Of a stretch of 64,000 bases of DNA, positions 33,811 to 49,300 are shown piece after piece. The first letter of the stretch is position 1, and each line of letters opens with the position of its first letter. A model generated the notes under the pieces. The model worked only from the letters and a program-made list of their open reading frames with translations. It had not been told where the DNA came from and made no database searches. This DNA comes from the human T2T-CHM13v2.0 reference genome, Homo sapiens: NCBI RefSeq assembly GCF_009914755.1, contig NC_060927.1; one strand, 5' to 3'. A program made the position numbers and the translations under genes.

Positions 33811-34407
33811 AATGAATTAATGGTTTAAGGGGAAAAAGAAGGAAGAGGGGAAAAGCTGTTAGCTGAGTACTACATAGCATATATTCTAAGTGACAGGGAT
33901 GGCTGTGTAGGAAAACATAGTTCAGTATATATGGTACAAATTATTCTAGAGAATTTTACACTATTTTAGTTTGCCCAATGTAGTGGTGCTTGTTCATAGT
34001 AGCCAGGACTAGCATTTATATTTAGGAATTTAGGATTCATTAGGATAGGGATAGCCAATATCACATATTGAATCTCCCATCCTCCCTGTCCAAGAATGTT
34101 TCCAATAAATAATGTGCTAAAATTGGTCACAATACTGGGTATCCATCAACATTCAACAAATAGTTGAACATGGTATTTGGTGCTTAAAAGTTATTAATAC
34201 TCTGTTTCTAGAAAAGATTCTTGGGTGGTTAATATCTTGGGATACAACAATAATTTAATGTTTACTGGATAAAAAAGTCTGGAAATTACATATACAATAT
34301 TATCATACCCATTTGGTAATATATTCATAACAAAGATAATGAAAATTAAATCTTACAAAATGTTTAAGAGTTACCTTATGGAGATGAGATTGTAGGTGAT
34401 TTATCTC

Positions 34408-34445
34408 ATAGATAGATAGATAGATACATAGACAGATAGATAGAG
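34408..34445. repeat. (GATA)n tetranucleotide repeat
   Basis: atagatagatagatagatacatagacagatagatag. Confidence 0.85.
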
Positions 34446-36929
34446 GAGAGATGATAAATTCCCTAGTAATATCTAGACTGTCTACATAAACATGATTATA
34501 AAATTAATTAGAGCTAAATGCTGTTTAGTAAGATATTTTAGACCTATATTTTCTATCTTTTCTAGTTGAAAATGAGGCCATTGCATAAGATTATGGATAA
34601 AAATCTAGGAAAATCATGGATTTATGAAAACTCCTATGATTATATCTGACATTCATTTCATTAGGAAAATATAAGAGGCAATAATTTTTAGAATATGGGT
34701 GAGTTAATACCTCAATTACATCAAAACATAAGATGACCATCCCAGAGCAAATCACACTTCAGTGTGAGTCAATGATTTAAAAATGTATCAAGTGTTACAC
34801 AAAACAACCTTTCATATTATAACTGGAACTGAAATAATAAAAGGTACGTTTACTAATCAGTCAACAGGAGCTATTTGGAAAAAAAATTTAAAAATGGCAA
34901 TTTAAACATAGACTTGGATTGCTGCAAACCCTGGGCACCCAGTATGAGTTCTATTATTGAAAGTACCAAAGCTAGCTATGATATATATTTTATGAAATTC
35001 TCCTTTAGGCTACTCATCTGTAATGATATCCCACTGCTGTCATCCATATTGACTTTTCGTTGTCTCTAATATAGGTAGAGTGAAGCTAAAAGATTACTCA
35101 TGATAGAAAGGAAGAAATAGCATTGAAGTAAAATGTAAAAAGCAGGTGTAAATGATTCTTTTCTGTAGCTTAGGAATCTTTTCCCCAGGTTAAAAATTCT
35201 TTTTGATATATTTCAACCACAGGAATTTGTCTTATAATTAACTAGCTTGGGAAATAGAGAGATCCAGGGATTTTCTTTTCCCCCATGTGCAAAATGCTTT
35301 TCATTTTATTCTCTTTCTAGTCAGCATTCTAGCCTTTCACCGAAATCCTAACAGTTGATACCGTGAAACAGAACATAATTTTTCTTTTTTCCAAAAAATT
35401 ATGTTCTTGACTGCAATAGATTCCATATATGATCAAAATAAACCAGCTAATAGTCTTTAAATCATTTGATATTTAAGAGAGATATCATATAAATTGAAAG
35501 TATTATTATTTTGAAAGGCATTAAATCTCAGATAAATTAATTCTAATTGGTTTCATGACATTTCCTTCATAAAGTGTATATCTCTTACCATACATAATAT
35601 CTCTTCTTGAAGTTCCAAAAGAAGTGTATCATTATTAAATGACTGATGATTAATATGAAATATTAAAATTGTTGGAACTTTTTAGTATTTTATTAAAACT
35701 ATTAATCTTCTTTTATTAGAAACTTTTCACTGCACAAGATTGGCTAAAGTGTGTTAATTTAATACCTTCAAATAACCAATTCGCATGCCCTAATGTATTG
35801 CTACCTTTCCCTAGAATTTTTACCATGTTCTCTTTTCTATGCTTCTGTTTAATTTACCACCTGGAAATGTGGGTACCACCTAAAGCTATCTCCCTGAGTA
35901 TCTCAATTGAAACACTATAGATAAGAAATTTTAGAAGATCTAAAATCTCATGCATATTGGTTTAAACATTCAGCAATGTAGTTTTCCTGAAGATAATAAA
36001 TATATAGGAATTAAATATCAATGTCAAATAATGGTGTTTCAAAACAGGTTTCTTTTGATTGTCACACTGAGTTAGACAGGGAATAGGACAGGTTGAATAA
36101 CCAGGTTGAAACCTTTTAAATAATTTTAACCCCAGCATGCCAGTGAAGACATTGATTGTTGTACATTAATGAAGCCTGTGCTTCTTTGACCAAATAACAA
36201 TCTATTCCTCCTCTTCTTCCTAAACTTAATCATATGGATTGACTGCTAATGCAGGTATAAATAGTATACATCTTGTCAAGAATGCCTCTTTGTATGAGGG
36301 GAAAGTGCTAGTCAGCCCATCAATTTCAAAATAGTCTCATTCTCTATTCTGCTGAAGTCTCTTTAAAAAAAGTAAAAGAAAGAAAAGAAAAAAAGGGTTG
36401 ATGAAGCCCATCAAGAGAATGTATTTTACCCTAGAGAATAAGAATAAAAACTTGAGAAATAATTGCTATGCCTTCTTGTGTAAGCCTGAGAAAAGAAATG
36501 TTTGAGCAATAGAATATATGGATTGCTTCCACAAGGAAAAACTACTGATTTTTTAAATGTGCTGATTCAAAAATTGCTGTGATTTTAGCCCAATCTCAAT
36601 TACAGTGCCATAAATTGATGTCCAGCTTCATTATGCCATTTTCTTCCTTAAGAATACCTATAGAAGCAACAATGCTGAATAGAGGAGAGTTTTAAAAATT
36701 ATTATTTTCTACATAGAATATAGCAAATAGTCTTGACTGCAGATTTTGTTTCCCATGGATAAATGCAATAAAAGCTATTATATGTCCAGAAATCTTACAA
36801 TTAGTGAAATACATTTAACTTAATTTCACCCATTGCAATGATCTTTCCATAGGCTTTGAAAATTTACTTCATATATATGCATTTTGTATATGCATGCATA
36901 TACACAGGTATATAATTATATGATATATT

Positions 36930-37475
36930 ATGTTTGGTATTCAGTATCCATTTCTACCACAGTGTATGCAGTGCCTTTTTGTACTATAAGATCTAGGAAG
37001 ACAGCCTATTTCAGTCCCCAGACCTCCTTGAAGCTAGATCTATGAATTTGAATTAGATTCTGCCAAAAGGAAGCACTTGTTTGAGTTCTGGAACATTAGT
37101 TAAGGCAAAGGCCTTCTTGCTGCAGTTACTGTCTACCAGGAAGGTCATGAAGATATGAGTACTAGCTGTCACAGTGCTCCAATATCTAGACTTGAGCTTC
37201 AAGATAACCTAGAGACAATTGATGCAGATGATGCCTGCATCCCAATGTCTAGCCATCAGCTTAATGAGTGGGAACACCTGAGGAGCCAGATTCAGCATTT
37301 TTGTCTCCTCTGGATTAGAACTGAGGTGTTAGTACATATTTGAAGTCATGAATCCATTGGTAGCCACTTTTCTTTTGTTTCTCCAGACTTTTCTGTAATT
37401 TGTAGTCATGTGATGCCTTGCATTAGATCTCTTCTTGAAAAAAAAAAGGAATGTTTTTAGTTTTGTGGACCGTTA
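36930..37475 (+). mobile_element. LTR33-like ERVL solo LTR
   Basis: 'tatccattt...gccttttt gtact...cccagacctccttgaagctag...tgaattagattctgccaa...gcact'. Confidence 0.6.
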
Positions 37476-38811
37476 CTCAAAAGGGTAATATAGACAGGGA
37501 AAAGTAAAATTCTCCTATAATAGGTTTTGGAAGACCAGAATGGAATTTCACATTACCTTCACCTCAACACTATACCCCATTCTTATACTACGTGCTTGAA
37601 AAAAATCTTTCCTAGAATGATAGGGAAATTCTGAGCATGAAATCTACTCATATAGCCACGATAAAAGCTTTGAAACCTCAGTGAAACAGGTAGAGTGTGG
37701 GGAATTAAGACTTAACTTTAAAGTTGAAACCATTTTCATTTTACAGAAATAAAATTAATCATTGAAACCATTTTCTTTTCTTATGGAAAATCATGAAATT
37801 GGATAGTACATGGATATTTTGTTTTCTCTGCATCCCATTCTATGGAGACTAATCTTTTCCTGATTTGACACTGTTTTTTTAAAACACGTGTGGTTAAGGT
37901 ATGCTTAATGCCCTGACTCTAACACCCAAGTAATGGATCTCGATCCTAGCTTGAACTTTGAGGGAGCTTCATCATTTTGGCCACAAGTATAGTTAAAGTG
38001 TTCTTCCTGACATTAGAAACTGTAATATCTCCTTACTGATATCAAAATCCATAAAATCCACTAAAGTTTGGAAATCCCAATCTATCTATGTGGAGAGAGT
38101 ATGCCTGTGAGTGAAGCCAAGCCAACAAGAGCAATGTCAAGGGTAGGAAAAAAAGAAGCAGTCCTGAAAATAATGTTTGAACATCCCCAGATCCAGCTGT
38201 GCTTGGAAACAGTTTGAATTGCATAATACACAGTAGCACAGACATGTAAGCTTTTGATTTGTTTTCAGCTTAGGTTTAAACTTGCACTTCCAATATTGAA
38301 ACTCAATTAGTCCTAATATACATCCATTCTTTGCAAGAATACTCTGAAGCCACATTAAATAAGTAGATTAGGATGTAAAACCAACTGTTCTGTTTGCTAA
38401 TATATATGAATATCAGTTTTAGGAGAATTTTATAGATATTGTTAGTTTTCTAGGAAAGATTCCTTTTTAAATATGGATTTAACCTTTTTTTTTTCCTCCT
38501 GAAAAAATATTGCTTGGTCTTGGAAATACTGTATAACTTTGAGCCAGTTTTAGTCATAGGAATATTATGCACACAGTTCAAAGGACCATGCCAAATGTGC
38601 ATAACCTGTACTTATTAGCAGGAAGAGGAGTCTATGAGCAGAAAGTGAAACTCCAGATACAGAGGAGATGATATGGGGCACCGGTTTTGGCAGAAGCTGA
38701 TCTGTTCTAGGTGGCACTTTAGACAGAGAGGAAATCAACATGAAAGTATCCAAAGTTAGTGATGTTGTCTCTCAGAAATTTTATGTCTAATAGAAATTAA
38801 ATTTCATTATA

Positions 38812-39794
<983 letters not shown>

Positions 39795-40020
39795 TATTAT
39801 TAATTATATAATACTATTTTAAATATTATTATATTAATATGAAATATAATATATAGATAAATTAATATATTAAATTACTGTTATAGTCTAATCTATCATA
39901 TTAACATTAGATAAAATGTATTATATTTTAGTATATCATATCATATATTAATAAATTAAAGGTTATTAAAATTAATACTATAATTATTATAAATTATTTT
40001 TATTTATCCAAATGATTTAT
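39795..40020. repeat. AT-rich low-complexity tract
   Basis: Almost exclusively A/T with TA/ATT iterations. Confidence 0.8.
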
Positions 40021-40339
40021 ACAATCTTATTACATATCAAAGTCTTGTATCAGCTATCATATTAGTAAAATATGAGAGAGCTCCAAGAAGTTAAGCAGAG
40101 ATGCAATGGAATTATTAACATAATAAAAGATACAAAAATTCACAGAACAACAACATGTAGAGGTAGAGTGGAGCACACAGGGTGAGCAAAGACATTTCAC
40201 TAGATTCAGAACTGAGGCTGAGACTACAGATTATAATCAGGTGCCGTGGGTGAATCTTATTTTACTCCTCTATTACAGACATATTTTTGAAGGGAGGGAT
40301 TTAGCAAACTGGATTTCCTAAAGTCAAAAAAGACAGGGT

Positions 40340-40522
40340 CCACTACACATCGACCAGATGGCTAAATGTCAAAATATTGACAATACCAAATGCTGACAAG
40401 GATGCAGAGGAACAAGATCACTAAAACATTACTGGTGAGGACATAAAATGTTACGGTCAGTCTGATTAACAGTTTGCTCTTCCTTCCTTCCTTCCTTCCT
40501 TCCTTCCTTCCTTCCTTCCTTC

Positions 40523-40553
<31 letters not shown>

Positions 40554-41590
40554 TTCTTTTCTTTCTTTCTTTTTGAAATAGAGTCTCACTGTGTCACCCA
40601 GGCTGGAAAGCAGTGGCGCGATCTCGGCTCACTGCAACCTCCACCTCCCATGTACAAGCGCTTCTCATGCCTCAGACTCCCAAGTAGCTGAGATTACAAG
40701 CACGTGTCCCCAAGCCCAGCTAATTTTTGTATTTTTAATGGATACAGAGTTTCATCATGTTGGTCATGCTTGTCTCAAATCCCTGACCTCAAGCGCTGGG
40801 ATTACAGGTGTGAGCCACTACACCAGGTGCATTTTCTTATAAAACAAAAAATGCAACTATCATAGGAGCCAACAATTGCACCTTTGGGCATCATTCAGAA
40901 AGAAATAAAAATTTATATGTTTTCCCAAAAACCTGTACACAAGTATTCATAGTAGCAATACATTTAAGAGAAAAACTGGAATCAACCCAGATGTCCTTCA
41001 GTGGAATAGTAATTAAACTGTGTACATCATCCATAATATGGAACACTACTTAGCAATCCAATAGGAACAAACTTCTGATACATACAACGAGTTGGATGAA
41101 TTGCCAGAGGGGTATGCTGAATAAAAAATATCATTCTCAAAGGATATTTACAGTATGATTTTATTTATATAACATTTAAATAATGATAATATTTTTAAAA
41201 TATAGATTTGTAGATGTCAGGGGTCAGGAACTGAGGGTCAGGGGACTGTAGGGAGGTGAGTGTGATTATGAAAGGGTATTAAGATGCTGGAACTACTCAA
41301 TATCTTGGCCTTGGTGGTGGATATAAAACCTACACAGAGTGATAAAATTGTATAAAACTTAGACACGCACACACACACACACAAAGGTAAAAATGAAACT
41401 GGGAAATTTTGAGTTAAGATTGGTGAAAAGTAGCAATATCAATATTCTGACTGTAATAATGTACTCTGGTTTTACTGAAAGTTATCAGCAGAAAAACTTA
41501 GCAAAGTGTGCAAGGGATATTTCTGTGCTATATGTTACAACCTAAAAGTGAATCTACAAATATCTCAGGAACAATTTTAATTTTTAAAAC
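40340..41590 (+). mobile_element. L1MD/L1MC-like 3' end
   Basis: 'ttgacaataccaaatgctgacaaggatg', 'aaaacctgtacacaagtattcatag', internal (CA)n, 'gtgaatctacaa...tctca' terminus. Confidence 0.8.
40478..40829 (-). mobile_element. AluS with (TTCC)n(TTTC)n tail and an ~30-bp left-arm deletion
   Basis: Body 40575-40829; 'tgacctcaag' is joined directly to 'cgctgggattacagg'. Confidence 0.93.
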
Positions 41591-42259
41591 AGGCTCTAAA
41601 CCCATAATAAAGAGATAAGGGCTTGTGTTTGTCATGCAGGTAGTAAAAGGAACATGACTTGATATTAGTTATAGGCAGGCGAAGTTTTAAATACTGGAGC
41701 TCTATTTGAAAGTCAGTTTAAATCCTGCCTGGAATGGAGTAGCTTTTGATTTAAAATAAGTTGCCTATGACTAAAATAAATAATAGATCTAATTAAAACA
41801 TACATCTTATAGTGTATGTGTGTTTGTGCATATATGTAATATGTGTATGTGTGTTTATTGTTTTTTTCTGAGATGCTAAGTTTTTCCATTTGTATTTTCA
41901 GGTAAATTCTTTAAAATAGTGTAGTTCATAACTAATAAATGAGAAAGATAACTTAGTTCTTTATGTTTCTGGATCAATCACACAAGGTCTAAAACAGGCT
42001 AAGAATATTAATTCATTTATTTGAAATACCTCGTTATTTAATATAATAGAAAATACATGACATTGATTCAGGATATTTAGGATTAAATTATTATAGTAAA
42101 CCTCAGATAATATTATTTTGAATATTTTCTTATCTGAAACCACTCTCCTCTTAGAGAATGTATTTATAGAACAACAACAACAAATTTCTTCATTTCCTTT
42201 CTGAGTTCTTTTATATCATTTTTTTTCACTTTTTAAAGAACTTTTAAAATTGAGACCTG

Positions 42260-42332
42260 ATTGACATCAGAAACATGGCAGAGTAGAAAAGACCAGCCTT
42301 AATTTTTGCACACAAACACACACACACAAACA

Positions 42333-42403
<71 letters not shown>

Positions 42404-42920
42404 CTACTCACAAACGGAAATAGCTCAGAGAGGGCCCATTAAAGAATTTGCAGCAACACAGTGGTGCAAAAGAATAAATAAATACATAAAAAGGTGAACA
42501 TTCATATAGAAAAGATAACTGGTGAGATCAACACATCTGAGAAGCCAGGCGACTTCTAGTGCAAAAAAGAAAGGCAGAGGGCCACAGGCATTAGCCACAT
42601 GGTGAAAAATCATTATAGTCCCCAGTGGCCTGCTCCACAGAGAACACCAGTATTCTCAGCACTTAGGCAACCAACAGGCATTCCCACTGTGGAACACCAG
42701 AAAGGGAGATGAGGCTGCACATCTCTTCCCAACCCAAGAAGCTGCTACTATTGAGCTGCTTTCAGAAAGGAGCCACCACCTCACCAAGCTTACACGTGCC
42801 TTGACCCCAGGACAATGGCCACTGTACAAGTGCAAACACTCCAGACTCAGGCTCTGTGGCCACCCTATGTTAACTCAAATCTCAGAAACCAGAGCCATCA
42901 CTCTGCTGTAAAATTATGTA
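42260..42920 (+). mobile_element. Old L1M 5'UTR-like fragment
   Basis: Starts 'gacatcagaaacatggcagagtag' (YY1-like L1M 5' terminus), followed by a relatively GC-rich 5'UTR-like sequence. Confidence 0.55.
42308..42399. repeat. Compound (CA)n(TA)n(GA)n microsatellite
   Basis: Direct read. Confidence 0.95.
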
Positions 42921-42924
42921 CTGT

Positions 42925-43045
42925 CATCCAGCCTTTGTGGTTCCCTTTATAGAGCACAGGCAGAGTAGATTTAGGATAATTTTAGAGGCCCTAGAATTTT
43001 TGAAATTGTAAATGAGTATTGGCTTCAACTTAATTTCACCAGTTG

Positions 43046-43091
<46 letters not shown>

Positions 43092-43715
43092 AGTAGTCTT
43101 GCTCTGTTGCCCAGGCTGCAGTGCAGTGGCATGATCTTGGTTCACCACAACCTCTGCCCCCAGGGTTTAAGCGATTCTCCTGCCTCAGCCTCCCATGTTG
43201 ATTGGATTACTGGTGCATGCCACCATGTCTGGCTAATTTTTGTATTTTTAGTAGAGATATGGTTTCACCATCTTGGCCAGGCTTGTCTCAAACTCCTGAC
43301 CTCAGGTGATCTGCCCGTCTCAGCCTCCCAAAGTGCTGGGATTACAGGAGTGAGCCACCATGCCCAGCTTGCATTATCTTTTAACAAGATATCCAGTTTC
43401 TTGAAGCTTTAATGTCAAGCGTTGACTTCTCCTCTCTATCTATGATAGTCCTAGATGGCATCTTCTTTCAATGTAAGGCTGTTTTGTCTACATTCAAATT
43501 CTGTTATTTAGTGTGGCCACATTCAACAATGGTTTTAGCTAGGTCTTCTGGATAACTTGCTGCAACTTCTCCATCAGCACTTGATGCTTCACCTTACTCA
43601 TATATTATAGAGACAGCTTCTTTCCTTAAATCTTGTAGATCAATCTTTATTACATCAAATTTTTCTTCTGCAGATTTCTCACCTCTCCCAGCCTTCATAG
43701 AATTGAAGAGAGTGA
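42925..43715 (-). mobile_element. Tigger1 transposase fragment interrupted by an Alu
   Basis: 'tttatagagcacaggcagagtagattta', 'gtcctagatggcatcttct', 'tcttctggataacttgctgca', 'gccttcatagaattgaagagagt'. Confidence 0.88.
43047..43368 (-). mobile_element. AluSx/Sz with (TA)n in place of the A-tail
   Basis: (TA)~20 at 43047-43087, then Alu body with 'cctgacctcaggtgatctgccc'. Confidence 0.93.
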
Positions 43716-44034
43716 AAATAATAATAAAATTTTAATATTATATAACTAGATAGTACTCTTACATAATTTTGTTATAGAAGCACAATTGGACTAAGACAAA
43801 GATTAAGGTCAGAATAATAGGTGTTGTGTAGAGCTGGTACAGAATTTCATGGCTAAATTTGAAAATGAATCTTAATGATCAAACAGCCTAAACTGAGTTA
43901 ATAAAAATAACTCCTCAGACCATTAGTGGAGTTCACATTTTGGGTAGAAATTTAAGACTCAGGCTTAACTACTTCGTGGTAGAGAAATTTTACGTATAAG
44001 TTCTCACCATCTAGCTTATACCTTGGTACAGAGG

Positions 44035-46330
44035 TGTTTTAGTCTGCTATCCTGCTGCTAATAAAGACATACCTGAGACAGGGTAATTTATCAACGAAGG
44101 GGGTTTAAATGACTCACAGTTCTTCAGGGCCCTGGAGGTCTCAGGAAACTTACAATCATGATGGAAGAGGAAACAAACACATACTTCTTTACATGGCAGC
44201 AACAGGAAGTGTTGAGCAAAAGGGGGGAAAGCCCCTTATAAAACCATCAGATCTCATAAGAACTCATTCACTATCATCAGAACAGCAGCATGCGAGTAAC
44301 TGCCTCCATGATTCAATTATCTCCACCTGGTCCCTCCCATGACACGTGGGAATTATGGAAACTACAAGATGAGATTTGGGTGGGGATGCAGCCAAACCAT
44401 ATCATTCTGCCCCTGGCCCCTCCCAGATCTTATGTTCTCACAAATAAAACATAATTGTGTTCTTCCAACTGTCCCCCAAAATCTTCACTCATTCCATCAC
44501 TAACTCAAAAGTTAAAGTCCAAAGTCTCATCTGAGACAAGGCAAGTCCCTTAAACTTATGAGCCTGTAGAATCAAATGCAAGTTAGTTACTTCCTAGGCA
44601 CAAAGGGAGTACAAGCATTAGGTAAATACATTCATTCCAAATGGGAGAGAGTGGCCCAACCAAAGGGGCTACAGTTCCCATAGAAATCCGAAATCCAGTG
44701 GAGCAGTCAAATATTAAAGCTTCAGAATGATCTCACATCTCACATCCAGGTCATGCTGATGCAAGAAGTGGGCTCCCACAGCCTCTAGCAGCTTTACCCC
44801 TGTGGCTTTGTAGGTTACAGCCCCCCTCCTGGTTGCCTTCATGGGCTGGCATTGAGTGTGTGTGTAGATTTTGCAGGAATATGGTGCAAGGTGTCAGTGG
44901 ATCTAGAATTCTGGGGTCTGGAGGATAGTGGCCCTCTTCTCACAGCTCCACTAGCCAGTGCCCCAGTGGGGACTCTGTGTCAGGGCTCCAATCCCACATT
45001 TCCCTTCTGAACTGCTCTAGAAGAGATTCTGTATGAGGGCTCCACTCCTGCAGAAAATTTCTATCTGGACATCCAGGTGTTTACATACATCCTTGAAATC
45101 TAGATGGAGGTTTCCAAACCTCAGTTTTTTACTTTTGTGGACCCACAGGCTCAACACCACATGGAAACTAACACGGTTGGGGCTTGCACCCTATAAAGCA
45201 ACAGACCAAGCTGTACCTTGGCCCCTTTTGGCCATGGTTGGAGTGGCTGGGACATAGGGCACCAGGTCCCAAGGCTGCATACAGCAGGGGTGCCCTAGAC
45301 CCAGCCCAGGAAACCATTTTTCCCTCCTAGGCCTCTGGGCCTGTGATGGGATGGGCTGCTGTGAAGATCTGTGACATGCCTTAGAGACATTTTCCCCATT
45401 ATCTTGGTCAATAACATTTGGCTCCTTATTACTTATGCAAATCTCACCAGAAAATTGGGTTTTCTTTTCTATTGCATAATTAGGCTGCAAATTTTCCAAA
45501 CTTTTATGCTCTGCTTCTTCTTCAACCCTTTGCCACTTAGAAATTTCTTCCACCAGATACCCTAAATCATCTCTCTCAACTTCTAAGTTCTACAGATCTC
45601 TAGGGCAGGAACATAATGTTGCCAATCTCTTTGCATAGAAAGAGCGACCTTTACTCCAGTTCCCAACAAGTTCCTCATCTCCATCTGATACCACCTTAGC
45701 CTGGACTTTATTGTCCATATCACTATCAGCATTTTGGGCAAAGCCATTCAACAAGTCTCTAGGAAGTTCCAAACTTTCCCACATCTTCCTGTCTTCTAAG
45801 CCCTCCAAGTCTCTAGGAAGTTCCAATTTTTCCCACAGTTTCCTATCTTCTTCTGAACCCTCCAAACTGTTCCAACATCTTTCTGTTACCCAGTTCCAAA
45901 GTTGCTTCAACATTATCGGGTATCTTTACAGCAGTGCCCCACTACTTGGAACCAATTTACTCTATTAATTTATTCTCATACTACTAATAAAGACATCCCA
46001 GAGACTGGGTAATTTATGAAGGAAAGAACTTTAGTTGATTCAGTTCCACAGGGCTGGTAAGGCCTCAGGAAAACTATAATAATGGCAGAAGGGGAAGTAA
46101 ACCCATCCTTCACCTGGTGGCAGCAAGGAGAGGTGCTGAGCAAAAGGGGAAAATGCTCTTTATAAAACCATCAGATCTTGTGAGAACTTACTATCATGAG
46201 GACAGTAGCATGAGGATAGCCACCCCCATGATTCAATTACTTCCTACAGAGTCCCTCCCATGACACATGGGAATTATGGGAATGATGATTCAAGACGAGA
46301 TTTGGGTGAAGACACAGCCAAACCATATAA
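44035..46330 (-). mobile_element. Full-length THE1C MaLR element: LTR 44035-44404, internal 44405-45960, LTR 45961-46330
   Basis: Two homologous ~370-bp LTRs ending 'cagccaaaccatat(c/a)a', THE1 internal sequence, and perfect 5-bp TSD 'agagg' (44030-44034 and 46331-46335). Confidence 0.95.
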
Positions 46331-49300
46331 AGAGGTCTACACATATTTATTCTCAGAGGAACCTCCATGATACATTCCAACCATAACCATTTCTCAGTAA
46401 TAGATAATCCCATTTAGCATTGTCTTCCTCTCCAAAAGCAGTTTCCTTCTTGCACATTCTTAGATGGTTTGTTTCCATTATATATGTCCCAAAGAGACTT
46501 TATGCTGTTCTTCTTATTTGCTTTTTGAGTTTTTTTTATATAAAAAGGGAACTCAGGTTTAAATATCAAGTGTGCTATACTCTTGGTATCAAATTATCTA
46601 TTTTCTGTAAAATCTAGGTAAGATTTTACCTTCTGCATGAATCTATGAAGAGCTCATAGATGCAAGATTTTCTCCCTTAGACAATTTATAGTTATATTGC
46701 CAAATATATACTTTGAAACTTAAATTTAAACAGGTTTTATTATTAATCTTACATTTAGTATCTGCCTTGAAGATAGAAATTACGAAAAATTATTTATTGG
46801 ATTTTTTAATTCTTCATGTTGCCCAATGATTTCTATTCAATAAGAACTCAGTACATAATTGTTAATTTATATTGAACAAAAATTTACTACATCCAAGCAA
46901 TATAAGAAATGGACATACGTGTCTTCTTAAATAAAAAACAGATTAATACATAGGTCATCTTTATACTATTCAAGGCACATGTCCAATCCTTAAAATTCAT
47001 ATAGATAATCTATCTTTCAGGTCACAAATGCACAGTTTATAAACATGCTCCCTAAATAGACATCTCAACTGGAGATTAAAATTTCCACATGTGCTGTCAT
47101 AAAATTTCCTTCTCCAAATTTCTAGGAATGGATCATATACTCCATATTTCAGGAGCTTCAGGAATACCCTTCTATTTCTTGGTTTTACTCAAGAAGAAAA
47201 ATAAGAACGAGAAAGGGAAAAACTGTTCATAAGGCTGTGTCTCAAACTGAATAGAATTGACGGCGATTTTCATAGAGCCCAAGGTTTAAATTGTGACTAA
47301 ACTTTAAATGGCATCTTGACTCTATTTTAGTGGCATTATAAACAAGAAGGACTTCTTGTATATGCTTATGAGAAATTAAGCAATATGCATAACATAATTT
47401 CCTTGTCAAAAATATTTTTTCTTCATTAAACAACTTACGTTTATCAGTGGTGAGTTTCGGACTGCCTATAATACATTCCTTTTAGAGTTTCATAATTCAA
47501 GATACGAGGAGCTTGGCAAAGGTTAAAAATATAATGTGAAATATGACTAAATATTTTAAAAATGGAAATGCCATTCTAAAAACTATAGATTTCAGAATAG
47601 AGCAACAATGACTAAGGACTGTCTGCATTTTGATTTCCATCGCTTAGAGTACCTCTTTCACAGAGAATGGCAATAACATATTCTCCTCTCCACTGAAGCA
47701 CCAATAACAATGAATGTGGTAGAATTTCAGTTAAATATCCAGGTGAGGTAGGGGGAGCTACCATTTAACTTGATATATAAATATAATATTGATATATATC
47801 TATATATATCAATAAAAATTGATATATATATATCTCAAGTGACATCTGGGTTTGAAGTCTAATACAACATTCTTCATTGGGAATCTGAAAACTGAAGAAC
47901 TTGGAGAGGGAGAAAATAGGAGAAGGAGAAAGTGGTTTTTTTTTTTATCATTAGTGCAGTCTAAAAAAATCTTGATCATTTTTAACGTTTTCCTCAGGTT
48001 GATTTCATGCAATTCCTTTTACTTTTTAAAGCTTTCTCCTGAATTGTCAAGCACATTCATTTCCTCTTTAACATCTATTTTTAACATCCACTTTTAGTTA
48101 ATCATGTCAGTTTCTCCCCTCAAACCCAGAGGTCCTTGGAGGGGTCCATAATCCATGACAGTATAAATTGGAGTGAATGCCAGATAAGTTCCTCCTGGGT
48201 AAGTCATCTAGTTTCACATTTATTGCCTTGGCTGCTTTATTAGATAAAATCAATGTCTATGAAATGTTTCACACTGATGCCCCTCAATAAATATTTTGTC
48301 TGATCATCCCTGGCACCAATATTAATTAACGGGACTTTGTAAGAACTCTTTGCAACATGTTTTGAAACACCCAGATGATAGTTGTATAAAATGCATCACA
48401 TTGATTAATATTTATTACCTGTTTAAAATGTTATAGCTATCACTTTAGCACCTAGACACTTTGACAAGAACACTATTTTAGCATTAGAATAAAATTGATA
48501 GGAAGACAAAGTATCTTATTTGCTGTTATTGCTAGATCAGACCATGCCCAGGGACTAGAAATTCGAAGTAACTAGGTACACATGGTTTTAGAGATGACTT
48601 GGAATTTGTTTTTCATAGTAATACCTCTTCCCCTTATCTTCCTTATTTGTTTTCTCTAAATTTTACACTGTACTTTCCCTAAAGAATTTTTTCAAACTTA
48701 ACTCTCAGAGGCATCCAGTCACTTTGTTGTGACTCATATGATACCTCTGCCAGGTCTTCTTTGGTCCACCACTCCGATATTCATATTCCCCTTGAATCAC
48801 ACCTAGACTCCTTCTTTTTTTTCTGACAAACATATTCTAATTTGCTATTACCCTTACACATATTTGCTATTGCCATTTTTTACACATAATTCCTGGGTAG
48901 AGGATTTACTTCAGCTTAGAAAACATGTTTTGAAGAGTAAAGCTGTGTTTCATTTGGTAATTGTGTACATGGGTAGAAATTTTAGTGATTAAGAAATGGT
49001 TTTCGTAGGTTATCTTGAAAGTATTCTAAGAAAAGTATACTATATTTTACACTCCAAGAAGAGATACATAAGTACCACCTTTCTTCTGTAGGGATGTAAC
49101 TCAGAGAAGACAAGGGTAAACAGCACAGTAATTCTATTTTATATTAAGAATCCTAGCACAAATAATTAGGTCTATGAAAGTCAGGTTTTTTCCCCACATG
49201 CACCTACTGTCCTTTAAAAAATTATGGAATATTAAATTATTTTCCTGGGAACATAACAGCAATCTCAGAGACTTCCAAGAAATGCAATTTTTATTCTCAG

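Noticed and set aside
37724-37776. 14-bp direct repeat ttgaaaccattttc
   Set aside because: Small local duplication with no further structure.
45750-45870. ~55-bp tandem duplication in the THE1 internal region
   Set aside because: As I recall this is a feature of the THE1C internal consensus, not locus-specific.
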